DNA of 64,000 nt from Octopus sinensis (GCF_006345805.1 NC_043000.1:133858001-133922000); one strand, 5' to 3'; numbered from the stretch's first letter, positions 48,196 to 60,500 are shown. Translations and numbers: made by a program. Notes: a model not told the origin generated them from the letters alone.

Positions 48196-49465
48196 CGAGG
48201 GGCGTTCAATAAGTAATGCCCCTGACCCACTTGCAGTTGTTTGATCTAGCTGAAATGTTGCATGTGCACTTATTTATACCTCTATAGATTAAGTGGCGAA
48301 TTACAGCTCTGAACTAATTGTGGTTTCTGATTTACAGGTGTTTGAACTGAGTCAAGTGTGAAATGGAGCCTGTTGAGTGTCGAGCAGTGATCCGGTTTTT
48401 GTATTTGAAAGGGCGTACACCACGGGAGACTTTTGATGAAATGAAAGTAACTTATGGTGATGATGCCCCATCATATGACCTTGTAAAACGCTGGCATTGT
48501 GAATTCAAACATAGTCGGAACTCTGTGGAAACAGCTCCCAGATCTGGTCGCCCCCTTCTGCCGTTGATGAGACGTCTGTCCGTCAAGTTGAGGCTGCCAT
48601 TTTGGAAGGTCAACGCATAACTATTCGCCAAATAGCCCATAAGGTCAAGATTAGTACCGGGTCTGTGGAAACTATCATTCATGACCATTTGCATATGCAA
48701 AAGGTGTCTGCCAGATGGATTTCTAGGTTGCTCACACCTTTCCAGAAGCAAGAACGTGTTGAGTGCTCGAGGATGAATTTGGAGATGTGCCAAGAAGATG
48801 AGTCAAAATTTTTCAAAAGACTGATCACTCAGGATAAAACCTGGGTCCATCACTATGATCCATAGACCAAAGCCCAGTCAATGCAGTGAAAGCACCGTGA
48901 CTCACTTCCTCCAAAGAAGGCAAGGGTGCAGCCCTCCGCTGACAAGGTTATGCTCACAGTCTTCTGGGACCAGGACGGAGTAGTGATGACAGATTTCCTG
49001 GCAAAGGGTACCACAATTACAGGAGCCTATTATGCTTCACTTTTGAGGAAATTAAGAGAAGCTATCAAAATCAAGAGGCGGGGCAAGATCAGCAAAGGCA
49101 TCCTCCTCCTGCAAGACAACGCTCCGGTCCACAACTCGCGTGTCGCCAGCTCAGAAGCACAGGCGTGCAGCTATGAACTCCTCCCCTTGCACCCTCTGAT
49201 TTTCACCTCTTCCCAGCCATGAAGTTGATTTTGAAAGGAAAGCGTTTCCCAGATGATGCAACCTTGATTTCTGAAGTCACGTCGTGGTTGGAGGACCAAG
49301 CTGGGGTCTTCTACAAAAACGGTCTCCAGAGCTGTATAAAACGATGGGAGAAATGCATAACTCTGGGTAGTTCCTATGTAGGAAAAGACTAATAACTGTG
49401 CCAAGTGTCGTTGCTCTACTGCTATGGGAAGTGGGTCAGGGGCATTACTTATTGAACGCCCCTCG
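48196..49465 (+). mobile_element. Full-length mariner element (1270 bp), 37-bp perfect TIRs, TA TSD, disrupted transposase
   Basis: TIR CGAGGGGCGTTCAATAAGTAATGCCCCTGACCCACTT at both ends; ORFs 48363-48620, 48602-48865, 48926-49222 give MEPVECRAVIRFL..., SGRP, WISRLLT, WVHHYDP, TVFWD, QDNAPVH, SDF; frameshifts and stops. Confidence 0.97.
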
Positions 49466-50139
49466 TACGTTCTGAGTTCAAATTCCGCCGAGATCGATTT
49501 TGCCTTTCATCCTTTCGGGGTCGATAAATTAAGTACCAGTTACGCACTGGGGTCGATGTAATCGACTTAATCCGTTTGTCTGTCCTTGTTTGTCCTCTGT
49601 GTTTAGCCCTTTGTTGGTAGTAAAGAAATAGAAATAAAGTGTCTTGCTCAAGGACACAACGCATCGCCGGGAATCGAACTCACGACCTTACAGTCTTGTG
49701 CCGAATGCTCTAACCACTGAACCACGCGCCCTCACTTCATGTATTAGTCGTTAGGAAATCAACTTCTTCGAATGTGACATTACTTTTGAAGGGTTGCGAA
49801 AATTAAACATTTACTGGAGCTGCAGGGGACATGAAAGGTTAGAGATTCACTCACTAAGCAATAAAAACACAAATCATAAACAACTGTAATTGAAATAGCA
49901 TCATTTAACGCATTTCATAATTTATCTTATCGATGGCGTTTCAGAAGTATTTAAATTTTTAAACAATGAACCTTTCACGGCTTTATTACAATATATATAT
50001 GATATTGATTTGATCATGTGGCTTTTTTAGTCCGTGGAGTAAAAAAAAACATAAGAGTCATTTCCCGAGAGAGTGGACACTATATGTATTTCATTGTTGG
50101 CCCCTTGTGGATAATAAAAAATCAACTATATGTACTTTG

Positions 50140-52455
50140 TTACTATCGCCGCCTTCGCTAAGGCGGAGGCATTGTTTTCAGTCGTGTTTGTAGGTTTGTC
50201 CGTGGACAAGATATCTCAAGAACCGCTGGATGGATTCGGATGAAACTTTCAAGGATGTTTGGCCTCGTGACTGGCACGAACAGATTAGATTTTGGGATCG
50301 ATCTGGTACCGGATAAGTATTTCTTTATTACCCACAAGGGGCTGCACAAAGAATGGGACGAATACAAAACGTGACAAACAAACTCGGGGAACTTAAAATT
50401 ACAAAAAGATGAAAAAAAATAAAAAATAAAAGAAACGAATGATAATATGAAAGAGTATAAAATGAGGCGCAATGCCCACTCGAACCCCGAAATCGAGTGG
50501 TTACATTCAGACAGTCTTCTTTTTTTCATAAAATGAATATATATTTCAATAGTCCTTTTTTTTTTTTTCATTTGTCACAAAATTACATTAGAATTTTTTT
50601 TCCAGTTTTTCCTTTTCTCAAATTAAAAGTTCTATTTTTGTAACTCCATTCTTTTCAACCCGTCGTATTCGACTACAGAGGGTGGAATCTTATACAACCA
50701 AACCCATTGCACCATTTTTACATTTCCAACAAACCCATCTCTGAATCTCTCGTATTTTTCTTCAGGTATCATAACACCTCTATCATCTGCATCAAAACTT
50801 TTTCCTAGCAGCTTCACTCTCACCAGTCCCTTCATTTTCGCAATTTTTCTTTTCGCATCCACACTTTTCTCATACGCTACCAAAGCACCCTTGGCGAGCT
50901 GGCAGAAACGGTAGCACGCCGGGCGAAATGCGAAGCCGTATTTCGTCTACCGTTACGTTCTGAGTTCAAATTCCGCCGAGGTCGACTTTGCCTTTCATCC
51001 TTTTGGGGTCGATAAATTAAGAACCAGTTACGCACTGGGGTCGATGTAAACGACAGTCGTTTGTCTGTCCTTGTTTGTCCCCTCTGTGTTTAGCCCCTTG
51101 TGGGTAGTAAAGAAATATATATTTACATAGTTCATCATTTTCCTCTCTCTCTCTCTCTCTTGCATATTTTTAGCTTCACGTCTTTCCTTACCTTTCTTGC
51201 GTTCTTCTTAGATCTCTTCCTTCTTTTGGGGCTGACAATCCCGTCCCTCTCCTCCTTTATTTCTTTCACTTCGCTCTTTTTCTTCTCTTTAACTTCCTGG
51301 GTACAATCCTTCTCAATTTTATCTTTCTTTCTTTGTAATCTCTCCTCCGTCTGCTCTATCCTTTGCTCCTTCTCCACCACCTTTTCGCTATGCGAGAATT
51401 CAAATAAACAGTACTCGGTCCTCATTTGACCTCTCACTCCGCATGTATAACAGTTCGGTCTCCGTCCCTCCACCACCACATTCAACGTTTTCTCTTCCTC
51501 AACCTTAATCTGGTAGGGGATTCGTTCTATATCCTCAAATGTGGCCACAAGCCACATTTCAACACCAAGTTCCCACCAGTTTAACTTTTTCGTCTCTCCA
51601 ACTGGTCCCAGCTCAGGGTCGTCCTCTGTTGCAGCCAGCACAGCTGCAACCAACCACTCGGTTTTGATATCAGGTGGTACCTCTGGTATCCTAATTCGTA
51701 CACTGCGCCTTCCCCTGTACGTGGGCAATAGCGCTACCTTCACTGTCCTCAGGATGGCAGTGGTATGTGAGGCCGCCTCTTCCTTTGTGGGAAACCTTAC
51801 CTCCACCGTGTCAAATCTTCTTCTTCTGCCAATGTACGTTGCCTTCTTTACAATCTCGCCCAAACATTCTTCTATTTCTTCTTCCGTCACTCTATCTTGT
51901 TGGTGGCAACCGCTTGTGTTCTGTACACCACTGTTTTCCAAATCTTATCATTTGTAGCCTCTGTTGGAGGGATCAATTTAATAGTATCTCCCTCTTTTCT
52001 TATTAACTGTTCACTCCTCAAAATTTCTTCCATATTGACATTAATCTGCTTTGCTTCTAATGACGCGGCTGTTCTCGCAGCAGCAGCCTTTGCGTAGCTC
52101 TCCATACCGGAAGGACTACGTTTCTCTTTTCACCCAAAATGGGGGCAAAGAAAGAATAGCAAAATGCAACAACAACAGCAAGTAGCACGCGCGAGACGTT
52201 TCACCAATAATATTAACAACTTTCACCTTCTTCAAACAATAATTCACTAAACATCGATCGGTGCCGGACAAGGATTTTGGATTATTTTTCCTGTTTTTTA
52301 CTTAATTTTTGAGAGCGGTCAGGTTCATTTTTAGAATTCTCGTTTGTGTGAGTTTATTTCAGATAATCTCATTTTAAAAATCATATCCAGCTAATCGTTG
52401 AAAGAACGTTGGTATTGCCTTGGTGGAGGCTTGCACTCTCCGAGTGCTCTTGTCC
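50140..52455 (+). mobile_element. Helentron-associated non-autonomous element (HINE/DINE-like), split into 50140-50317 and 52253-52455
   Basis: Sub-terminal inverted repeats CCTTCGCTAAGG / CCTTGGTGGAGG and perfect 3' hairpin GCACTC-TCC-GAGTGC at 52433-52447, the architecture known for HINEs. Confidence 0.7.
50318..52252 (-). mobile_element. ORF1-only L1/Tx1-type non-LTR element (HAL1-like), with SINE B inserted at 50893-51117
   Basis: 5'UTR, ORF1 pieces 51887-52105 and 51135-51941 (degenerate zinc knuckle VVVEGRRPNCYTCGVRGQMRTEYC), further coding piece 50632-50890, 3'UTR and AATAAA tail; no APE/RT motifs seen; imperfect ~20-bp flanking duplication. Confidence 0.7.
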
Positions 52456-52549
52456 AATCTTTTTTTCTTTTTTTGCTATTAAACGTGAAGTGAGTTATTT
52501 TATTGATTTTTTTGATTTACTAGAAAACATATTTTATTACCAACAATAT

Positions 52550-53012
52550 ATAACACGTATTTTTCGTATGAAAGATGGCAGAATCCCCAAGGACATACTC
52601 TACGGAGAGCTTGCTAGGGGTACTAGATCTGTGGGTAGACCGATCTTACGTTACAAGGATGTTTGCAAAAGGGATATGAAGGCCTGCAACATCAATATTA
52701 GCGGTTGGGAGGCAGTTGCCGGCAACCGTGGGGAATGGCGACGTACAGTAAAAGAGGGAATACAAAAGAGTGACAGAGAGAGAGAGAGGAGAAATGGAAA
52801 GAAAGGAAGAGACGTAAACAAGAGACTATGACACTACAACCAGCCAGGAACAGTCTTCGCTACATTTGCGGTACCTGCCAGAGGGAGTGTTTGTCCAGGA
52901 TAGGACTACACAGCCACAGCAGGAAATGTATTAGGACATGAAATATAAAAGCCGGACTAGACTACTTCATGCGCAACTCCATTGTCTCCCGAGACAGAAA
53001 GGATGCCAACCA
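52550..53012 (+). mobile_element. RTE (BovB-like) LINE 3' end
   Basis: RMKDGRIPKDILYGEL..G.R..GRP.LRYKDVCKRDMK and terminal CGTCQRECLSRIGLHSHSRKC finger, then short 3'UTR. Confidence 0.9.
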
Positions 53013-53339
53013 ATTTTTTTTTACTTCTTTCAGTCATTTGATTGCGGCCATACTGGAGCACCGTCTTTAATCGAACAAATCGACCCCAGGACTTATTCTT
53101 AGTAAGCCTAGTACTTATTCTAGCGGCCTCTTTCGTCGAACTGCTAAGTTACGGGTACGTACACACGCCAACATCGGTTGTCAAGCGATGTTGGGGGGAC
53201 AAACACAGACACACAAATATTTTGACGTCCTGTACCCATGTATATATATATATACATGTAGGTATGTACATATATGTATGTATATATTATTATATATTAT
53301 CATATGATCGATGGGAGCAGACTGGGCTCTTGTTTTGAA

Positions 53340-56295
53340 ACGAAGCCGTGATTAAGACAACCAGTATAGAAGAATAAAGCTCTGAATTCAAATTGACTTA
53401 CCACTGCTGGCTTGCAGTATCCTTTTGAGAAAAAAAGCCTAGGAGAAGGTACTCCAATATAAAACCTGCAGTCAACTTAGTACTAGTCATCTTGCTTTGC
53501 TTGTCACTGGAATCTACTATTTTGGCAAAAGTGTTGTGCAAGCGTTTGTCACAAAACACCATCATCGTACAATCATCACTTTTCAAAAGTCCTATGGCGA
53601 TAGAGACGTGATGACGTATGCAGACTTAACCGGTTGGAAGCATACATTTACAAACCTGCACATAAGGCGGCAGAGTTCTTAACATCGCTAACATGTTTTC
53701 ATGGACAGGAACTGTTTTCAGTGGAGAATCTTGTGTCTAAGCAGCCCTTTTAAGGAAATCACTGCTCACCTGGATATAATGGGAAGGTGCTAGAAAAGGT
53801 GCACTAAAAATTGTTTGTTCTCTCTCTGCTGGTTAGTTTACTGCGGCTAACGGTGGTTCAGTTTAGCAGGAATGAACAAATAATTTATATAAACAATGAT
53901 AACAAGTTTGCAAAGAATAAGGTTTCTCTTAACCTGGCCTGTTGGAATGTGAGAACCCTTTTACATTGAACAAATAGGTCTGAAAGAAGAACAGCTCTAA
54001 TAACTAAGGAGCTAAGGAGTCTTGATGTTGATATTGCAGCTCTGATGTTCAGATGAATATCATCTTGTCGAAAAAGCAGCAGGTTTCACGTTATTCTGGG
54101 TTGGGAAGCCGAAGGGAAATAAAAGGGAAGGTGGTGTTGTGTTTACAGTTAGAAGTGATTTGCTAAAAGACCTAGAACAATCACAAAGCATATATACACG
54201 CAAAATGAAACTCCGGATCCCTCTTTCTTGTATACGTTTTGTAACTGTTTTCTCTATTTATGCTCCTACACTTTCAGCTAGTGAGCAAAATATCCATACA
54301 TTTTATGAGGAACTTAAGAAGTATTCTGTCAGTCCCTTTGAATGAGAAGCTGGTTGTGCTTGGTGACTTTAATGCACGTGTTGGTAGAGACTATGGTGCT
54401 TGGAATGTACTTGGGTGTTATGGAATAGGAAAGATGAACAACAATGGGTTGCATCTGCTACAAATGTGCTCTGAGTTAGGGTTGATTGTTGGGAATACTT
54501 TCTTTCATCATTAGATGAATCATAAAGTTACCTGCATTCACCTAAGATCACATGATTGACTTTGTATTAACTCGGAAAGATGACTTACAAGATTTTTGTA
54601 GTCTCGGAGTATTGCGAGATGCCGATTGTGATACTGATCACAAAATGGTCAGGGCCAAGTTCAATTCAGATTCCGTAAGAAGATTCGTAGTGCTGGTGTA
54701 CGAGTACCAAAGAAAATTAATGTAGAGCAGCTAAAACAACCACAAAACTTGCAGTTGTTTCAGGAGAGATGCAGCAATGTTCATTTTTAAGGTTCATGGC
54801 AATCTTTCCGTGATGGAATATATAAAATGAGATCAGAGATGTTAGGTCTTAAGAGGAGACAACACCGAAACTAGTTTGATTCCAATGATACAGTAATAAA
54901 TGAGCTTTTAGCAACAAAGAGGTCCACTTATGAAAAGCTTCTTGACTCAAACGTTAAAAACAAAGTGCAACTAGAAAAGTTGTACAAGTCTCAGAAATCA
55001 GACTAGCAAAACGAACTCAGATAGCTTAAAGACACTTGGTGGAAAAATTTGTCTGAGGAAGTACAGGCAGCCTATGACAGGAAAGACATTAAAAGTTTCT
55101 ATAGTTTATTACGGCAAGCTTTTCTACCGCAATCTTCATTATATGTTCCCTTGAAGTCGAAAGATGGAAATGAGGTTATTAAAGATCCTCCTGGAATAAT
55201 GAATAGATGGAGAGAACACTTTGCAAATCTTTTCAACAATCCGAATGTAGGGAACATGGATATCATAAACAACATTCCGCAAAGAGAGATAGTGCAACAC
55301 ATGGATGATACACTTTCCATTGAAGAAGTAAATCTGGCATTATGTAAACTGAGATCAGGTAAAGGTCCTGGATTGGATGGTATTCCAGTTGAAATTCTGA
55401 AAGCAGGTGGGGATCATATTTCATTTGAAATTCATAACCTGATAACTCGAGTTTGGAATGAATCTTCTGTGCCACAAGAATGGATAAATGGCATTCTAAT
55501 CTCTGTATACAAGGGTATACAATGACCTGTCGCAAAGGAACAATTACAACTGTAATCAACAGTGAACATTGGATATGTATTATATGTGATCGTGTGAGCG
55601 AAAACACCTAAAGCGCCACGAGGCTCCGGCAGGGGATGGTGGTGATCCCTGCTGTACTCTTTCACCACAACTTTCTCTCACTCTTACTTCCTGTTTATGT
55701 TGTACCTGTATTTCAAAGGGCCGGCCTTGTCACTCTCTGTGTCACGCTGAATATCCCCGAGAACTACGTTAAGGGTACACGTGTCTGTGGAGTGCTCAGC
55801 TACTTACACGTTAATTTCACGAGCAGGCTGTTCCGTTGATTCGGATCAACCGGAACCCTCGTCGTCGTAACCGACGGAGTGCTTCCTACGTGAACCGTAT
55901 AAAGTCACATGAAAATCATAATGCCCAGATAGGTAATGATCTTGGACACCAAGCGCCTCCTACGACTTGTATCATTTGTCAAAAAGCTTGTAAGGCAATA
56001 TCTGGACTTAAAACACCTCTTACCACTTGTGTCATATGTCAAAAAACTTGTAAGACAACATCTGGACTTAAAAGACATATGCTAGTTCACAAAAACATTC
56101 CTTCAGAATCAAATTCCAAAGGGCAAAACATATAGAAGAAACTTAAATAAAATCTGTCACTTGTGTTTTAAGTCATGTCAGTCAGCAGCTGGTCTTAAAA
56201 ATCATCTAAGTGCTCATCAACGGAGTGATTGTACTGTGCGATGGGGTGTGGTGTGTGTGTTGCCTGGACGGCTATCATCTCTTAAGATGAAGCAA
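53340..56295 (+). mobile_element. Degenerate near-full-length RTE LINE: 5'UTR, APE endonuclease, RT N-terminus, RT core missing at the SINE D insertion, C-terminal C2H2 fingers
   Basis: LACWNVRTL (53928), SIYAPT, VLGDFNARVG, TDHKMV, KGPGLDGIPVEILKAGG (to 55525); fingers CVICQKTCKTTSGLKRHMLVH and CHLCFKSCQSAAGLKNHLSAH. Confidence 0.85.
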
Positions 56296-56616
56296 TCATC
56301 GTCATATATGTATGTATGTATGTATTTATGTGTGTGCGTCTTTGTGTCTCTGTTTGTTCCTCCACAATTGCTTGACAACCGATGTTGGTGTGTTTATGTC
56401 CCCGTAACTTAGCGACTCGGCAAAAGAGACCGATAAAAGTATGTACTAGGGTCGGTGTGGTAACGATAAAACTCTTGAAGACAGTGCCCCTGCATGGCCG
56501 CGGTCAAATGATTAAGGCTGACGGTCGTGAAAATTTCCTTGTCTCTGTCACGCCCTCCTTGACGCCCCCTAGCACATGGCACCACAGGCGACTGCCCGTT
56601 ATTGCCGGTACCTTGA

Positions 56617-56848
56617 AGGCGATGAGCTGGCTGTTACGTTAGCACGTCGGGCGAAATGCTTAGCGGTATTTCGTCTGCCGTTACGTTGTGAGTTCAAATT
56701 CCGCCGAGGTCGACTTTACCTTTCATCCTTTCGGGGTTGATAAATTAAGTACCAGTTACGCACTGGGGTCGATGTAATCGACTTAATACCTATGTCTGTC
56801 CTTGTTTGTCCCTTCTGTGTTTAGCCCCATGTGGGTAATAAAGAAATA
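56617..56848 (+). mobile_element. SINE B, full length with target-site duplication GGTACCTTG(A)
   Basis: TSD at 56607 and 56849. Confidence 0.9.
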
Positions 56849-58324
56849 GGTACCTTGAGCAGGCCTTGACCAGCGTGTATACTGAAGCCTTCTGTAGGAT
56901 TTTCGCCAGACTATACTATGATGCAGGCCCAGTACACCGGGCCCACAGCTCAATTTTACGCTAGCTACATCAATTGCTGTACTATTACTACAGTACACCC
57001 GAGGAATTATTTCCTAGCTTTGATTTCTTGTGTCAACAGTTTCCCCATATCTTTAGAATTTATCCCTGCCATCTTTGATAATTCTGTTACCCAACGCAAT
57101 ATCTCTGTCCTTATTTATTGATGACTTTCCATTTCTATACCTATTCACTATATTCATATTCATATCCCCATTGTTCCTCCTATCCTACTCACACTAAAAC
57201 TGACGGATCTAGCTGTCATTTTGTGCGTGACTGCACGTGTTGTCAACATTCTGAACCGCTCATAGCTTTTTTGAAAATTGGAATTTTCTGGAATTTTTTT
57301 GCGAATTTGTACTCTGCACACGGGAATTTATACGGTTAGGCAAAAAAAGTTTTAATAGATGGCGATGGGTAGGGTGATTTAAAGCCTATTTAGCTGATAT
57401 TGTTAGCACATCTTAGGACCAGGGTACAAGCACTTTGGTGAGATTTGAGCTCGGCGCGCAGAGAATCAGAATAAATACTGCAAGGCATTCTATCCAATTC
57501 TGCCCGTCACTTCTTCGCACGAGGTGATCCTATAACGTTAGCAATGGTGTAACTAGCGTGTGTACCATTTAGGGCAGCTCTTGAATTTGCCGCCATCCAC
57601 CCGTGCTCCCAAATCTATTTTGGCTTATATAGCAGACCCAAATGTACAGCCTACATAAAAACGACACCCGGAATGGTTCGCCCACATCGCCTGCCTCCTC
57701 CACCCACCTGCAGCGTAACTGAACATTGATCAACTCTGCACTTGAATCATCCTTGTCCACTGACAGAACCTCTACGCTTTTACCCCAACATCCCTCACCG
57801 AAGACAGAGTTCACTTTTCTAAGACCTTTACTCCTCTGTCTTACTTCTTTCAATGAACTATTCCCTAAAACTTTTTTTTTTCTTTCTTCTGAATCCTTAT
57901 TGTTCCTAACTTCTTAATCCACCCCCTTCTCTCCTGCATGACTTCTTAGAATCCTCCCCATCCCTCCAGTAATACACAGCTGTTTAAATGAGTCGATTCC
58001 GCTTGTTGGGCTCAACCTCCGCACCACCACCACCACCACCACCTAACTCCCACGCAAAGTTCAATTCCTTGTTCTCACCTTCACCAATTTCGTAGGTAAA
58101 ATAGTTACTTTGTCTAATGCAGAAATGCAGGAGCTACTTAAACATATTGCACGTATTTATCATGATGGTGACAAAAGCCATCACTTTATACGGAACCCTT
58201 CCGAACCTGTACCAAGTACCTTAGAGTCACAAGCGTTTTGCCCATTAAGCTGTATGCTTTGCCTGAGTAGGGTAACGAGGATTGAATTAACCTACGTCAA
58301 TGGGCAAGTTCTAAATTATATCAA

Positions 58325-58722
58325 ACTAGCAGTATCGCCCGGCGTTGCTCGGGTTTGTAAGGGAAATAACTATAAAGCATTTTTAGAGAGTTATAGCCAA
58401 AAAATAGCAAAAAATGCATTAAAAATGGAAAAAAATGATGGTAAATTTTTTTTAAATCGTTGACTCATCGTAGACATTTTTAGAGAGTTACTTCCCTTAT
58501 ATAATTGCGAAAAAATGCATTAAAATGGGAAAAAATGATGGTAAATTATTTTTTAAATCGTAGGCTCATCATAGACGCGCGCTAATACCCAGAAGGGCTC
58601 GATATGAATCACGACTATAAGATACCCGGTTTTGGTTAAACTGCACCGCAAAATGTGGGAGTAGTTAGGAATCTAAATCGTAGGAGACAGACACACAACC
58701 TCTCTTTTATATATAAAGCTAT
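58325..58722 (+). mobile_element. Non-autonomous Helitron/Helentron-type element (Lep1/DINE-like)
   Basis: 5' ACTAG + hairpin CCCG-GCGTTGCT-CGGG, internal duplicated block, AGAC-type microsatellite and CTTTTATATATA end. Confidence 0.55.
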
Positions 58723-59043
58723 AAAACATTGTAATACCCTATATGTCGACCTAACGAGGTCACCAACACGTTGTTTTTGTGACTGACGTTTTGGTAACTG
58801 AGTTCGGGAAAGCCTTCGTAATTTTCGTATTAATAACCGAGCAATCTCCAAACTCATGAACAGACACTGGCCAACCATCAATCATCGCTATTGTGCGTGG
58901 AGTTTCTTACATCACGACTCAGCTTTCACCCAGAAGCACAAAAAATAATTTAGAAAGAATCAAGTCTGTACTTAAGGTTTTTTCTCGCTCATTTGAGCAT
59001 GGGATGACATTCTCCTTGTTAGATATAGATAAGGTCACGCACG

Positions 59044-59183
<140 letters not shown>

Positions 59184-59662
59184 AGGCGCAATGGCCCAGT
59201 GGTTAGGGCAGCGGACTCGCGGTCGTAGGATCGCGGTTTCGATTCCCAGACAGGGCGTTGTGGGCGTTGCGAAAACACCTATAAGCTCCACGAGGCTCCG
59301 GCACGGGGTGGTGATCCCTGCTGTACTCTTTCACCACTCTTTCTCCCACTCTTTCTTCTGTTGGCCTGCTCCCTTAGCCAGCGGGGTGGCGTCATTCGAA
59401 GGCTAAAACAATGCGAACGCATTGTGACCAGCGATGTGTAACTACATCTGATGGACTGGTCGGTGATATATATATATATATATCCACACCCACATCGTCA
59501 TATAATGACCCCTCCTATCATTCCATTTCCTCAGAGATCACGAATTCTTTAAGTATATTTCCTCCTACGCGCTTTTATTAATTTTATGTCAGACCACTCC
59601 TACCATCACCTTTTTCCCCTTCCTCTTCGTCTCTATAACAATTATGTGCGCGGTCATGTTAC

Positions 59663-59726
<64 letters not shown>

Positions 59727-59728
59727 AA

Positions 59729-60093
59729 GATATATAGATTTATTGGCTTCGCAGGGCTAGACACAGAAGGGACAAAATATAAAGTAGAGCTTTTCTTTTT
59801 GGGAAGAAGAGAAGGGAAAAAAAGGGGGGCAATTCCGATCAAAAGGGATCGTGAAAAAAAGGGGGGGGCGATCAAAAGGGATCGTGAAGAAAAAAAAGTG
59901 GGGCCGATCAATAGGGATCGTGTATCACAGAAATGTCAATGTAAAAAGGGAAAACAAATTAGGTTTGTCCGTGGATAGAAAAGCCTACGGAAAAGACCAC
60001 GGGAACCTTGGGCAATAGTGTCATGCAAAAAGAAAATACATTACAGTAAGTGGGTCCCTTTTTCCCTTTCGTTTTTCTTTTATTTTTATTTTT
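59729..60093 (-). mobile_element. 3' fragment of a non-LTR element embedded in a (TAGA)n array
   Basis: Minus end TGTCCCTTCTGTGTCTAGCCCTGCGAAGCCAATAAA followed by (TCTA)n; three ~33-bp internal repeats at ~59824-59925; (TAGA)n on both sides (59663-59728, 60094-60143). Confidence 0.55.
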
Positions 60094-60143
<50 letters not shown>

Positions 60144-60252
60144 CAGGCAGACGGACAGATTCCTTTACTTGTTTCACTCACTAGATTGCAGCCGTGCTAG
60201 GGCAGCGCCTTGAACAATATTTTTTAGTCGAGTGAATTGACCCCAGCACTTT

Positions 60253-60500
60253 TTTTGGTAAATTTTGATATTAACAGCCGCACGATTTTCACTAAGAAAA
60301 AGATTACCGAAGAATACCAAGAATGTGTGTGTGTGTGTGTAATCGTCTTAGCGCAAAGGAAAAGGGCTATACTAGCCCAGTCTTGGAGCTCCAGGTCGAA
60401 GTACAACCATTTCATTTCCACGTGACTCTTGGTAGTCTTCCGTAATTATTTTTTTTCTTAGTGAAAATCGTGCAGGTGCTAGTATCAAAATTTACCAAAA
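60253..60500. mobile_element. MITE-like element with ~75-bp imperfect inverted arms
   Basis: TTTTGGTAAATTTTGATA...CGCACGATTTTCACTAAGAAAA versus its reverse complement at ~60424-60500. Confidence 0.65.

Noticed and set aside
51541-52097. Plus-strand ORFs of 138, 79 and 66 aa
   Set aside because: Antisense shadows of the minus-strand ORF1.
48112-56616. CTTG immediately 5' of several SINE B copies (48127, 50892, 56615, and the 12575 copy on minus)
   Set aside because: Too few sites, counter-examples at 46478 and 62379, and it may be part of the SINE 5' end; needs genome-wide counts.
57569-57853. Minus ORF with DDSSAELINVQLRCRWVEEAGDVGEPF, faintly hAT-transposase-like
   Set aside because: Similarity too weak to support by eye; no TIRs found.
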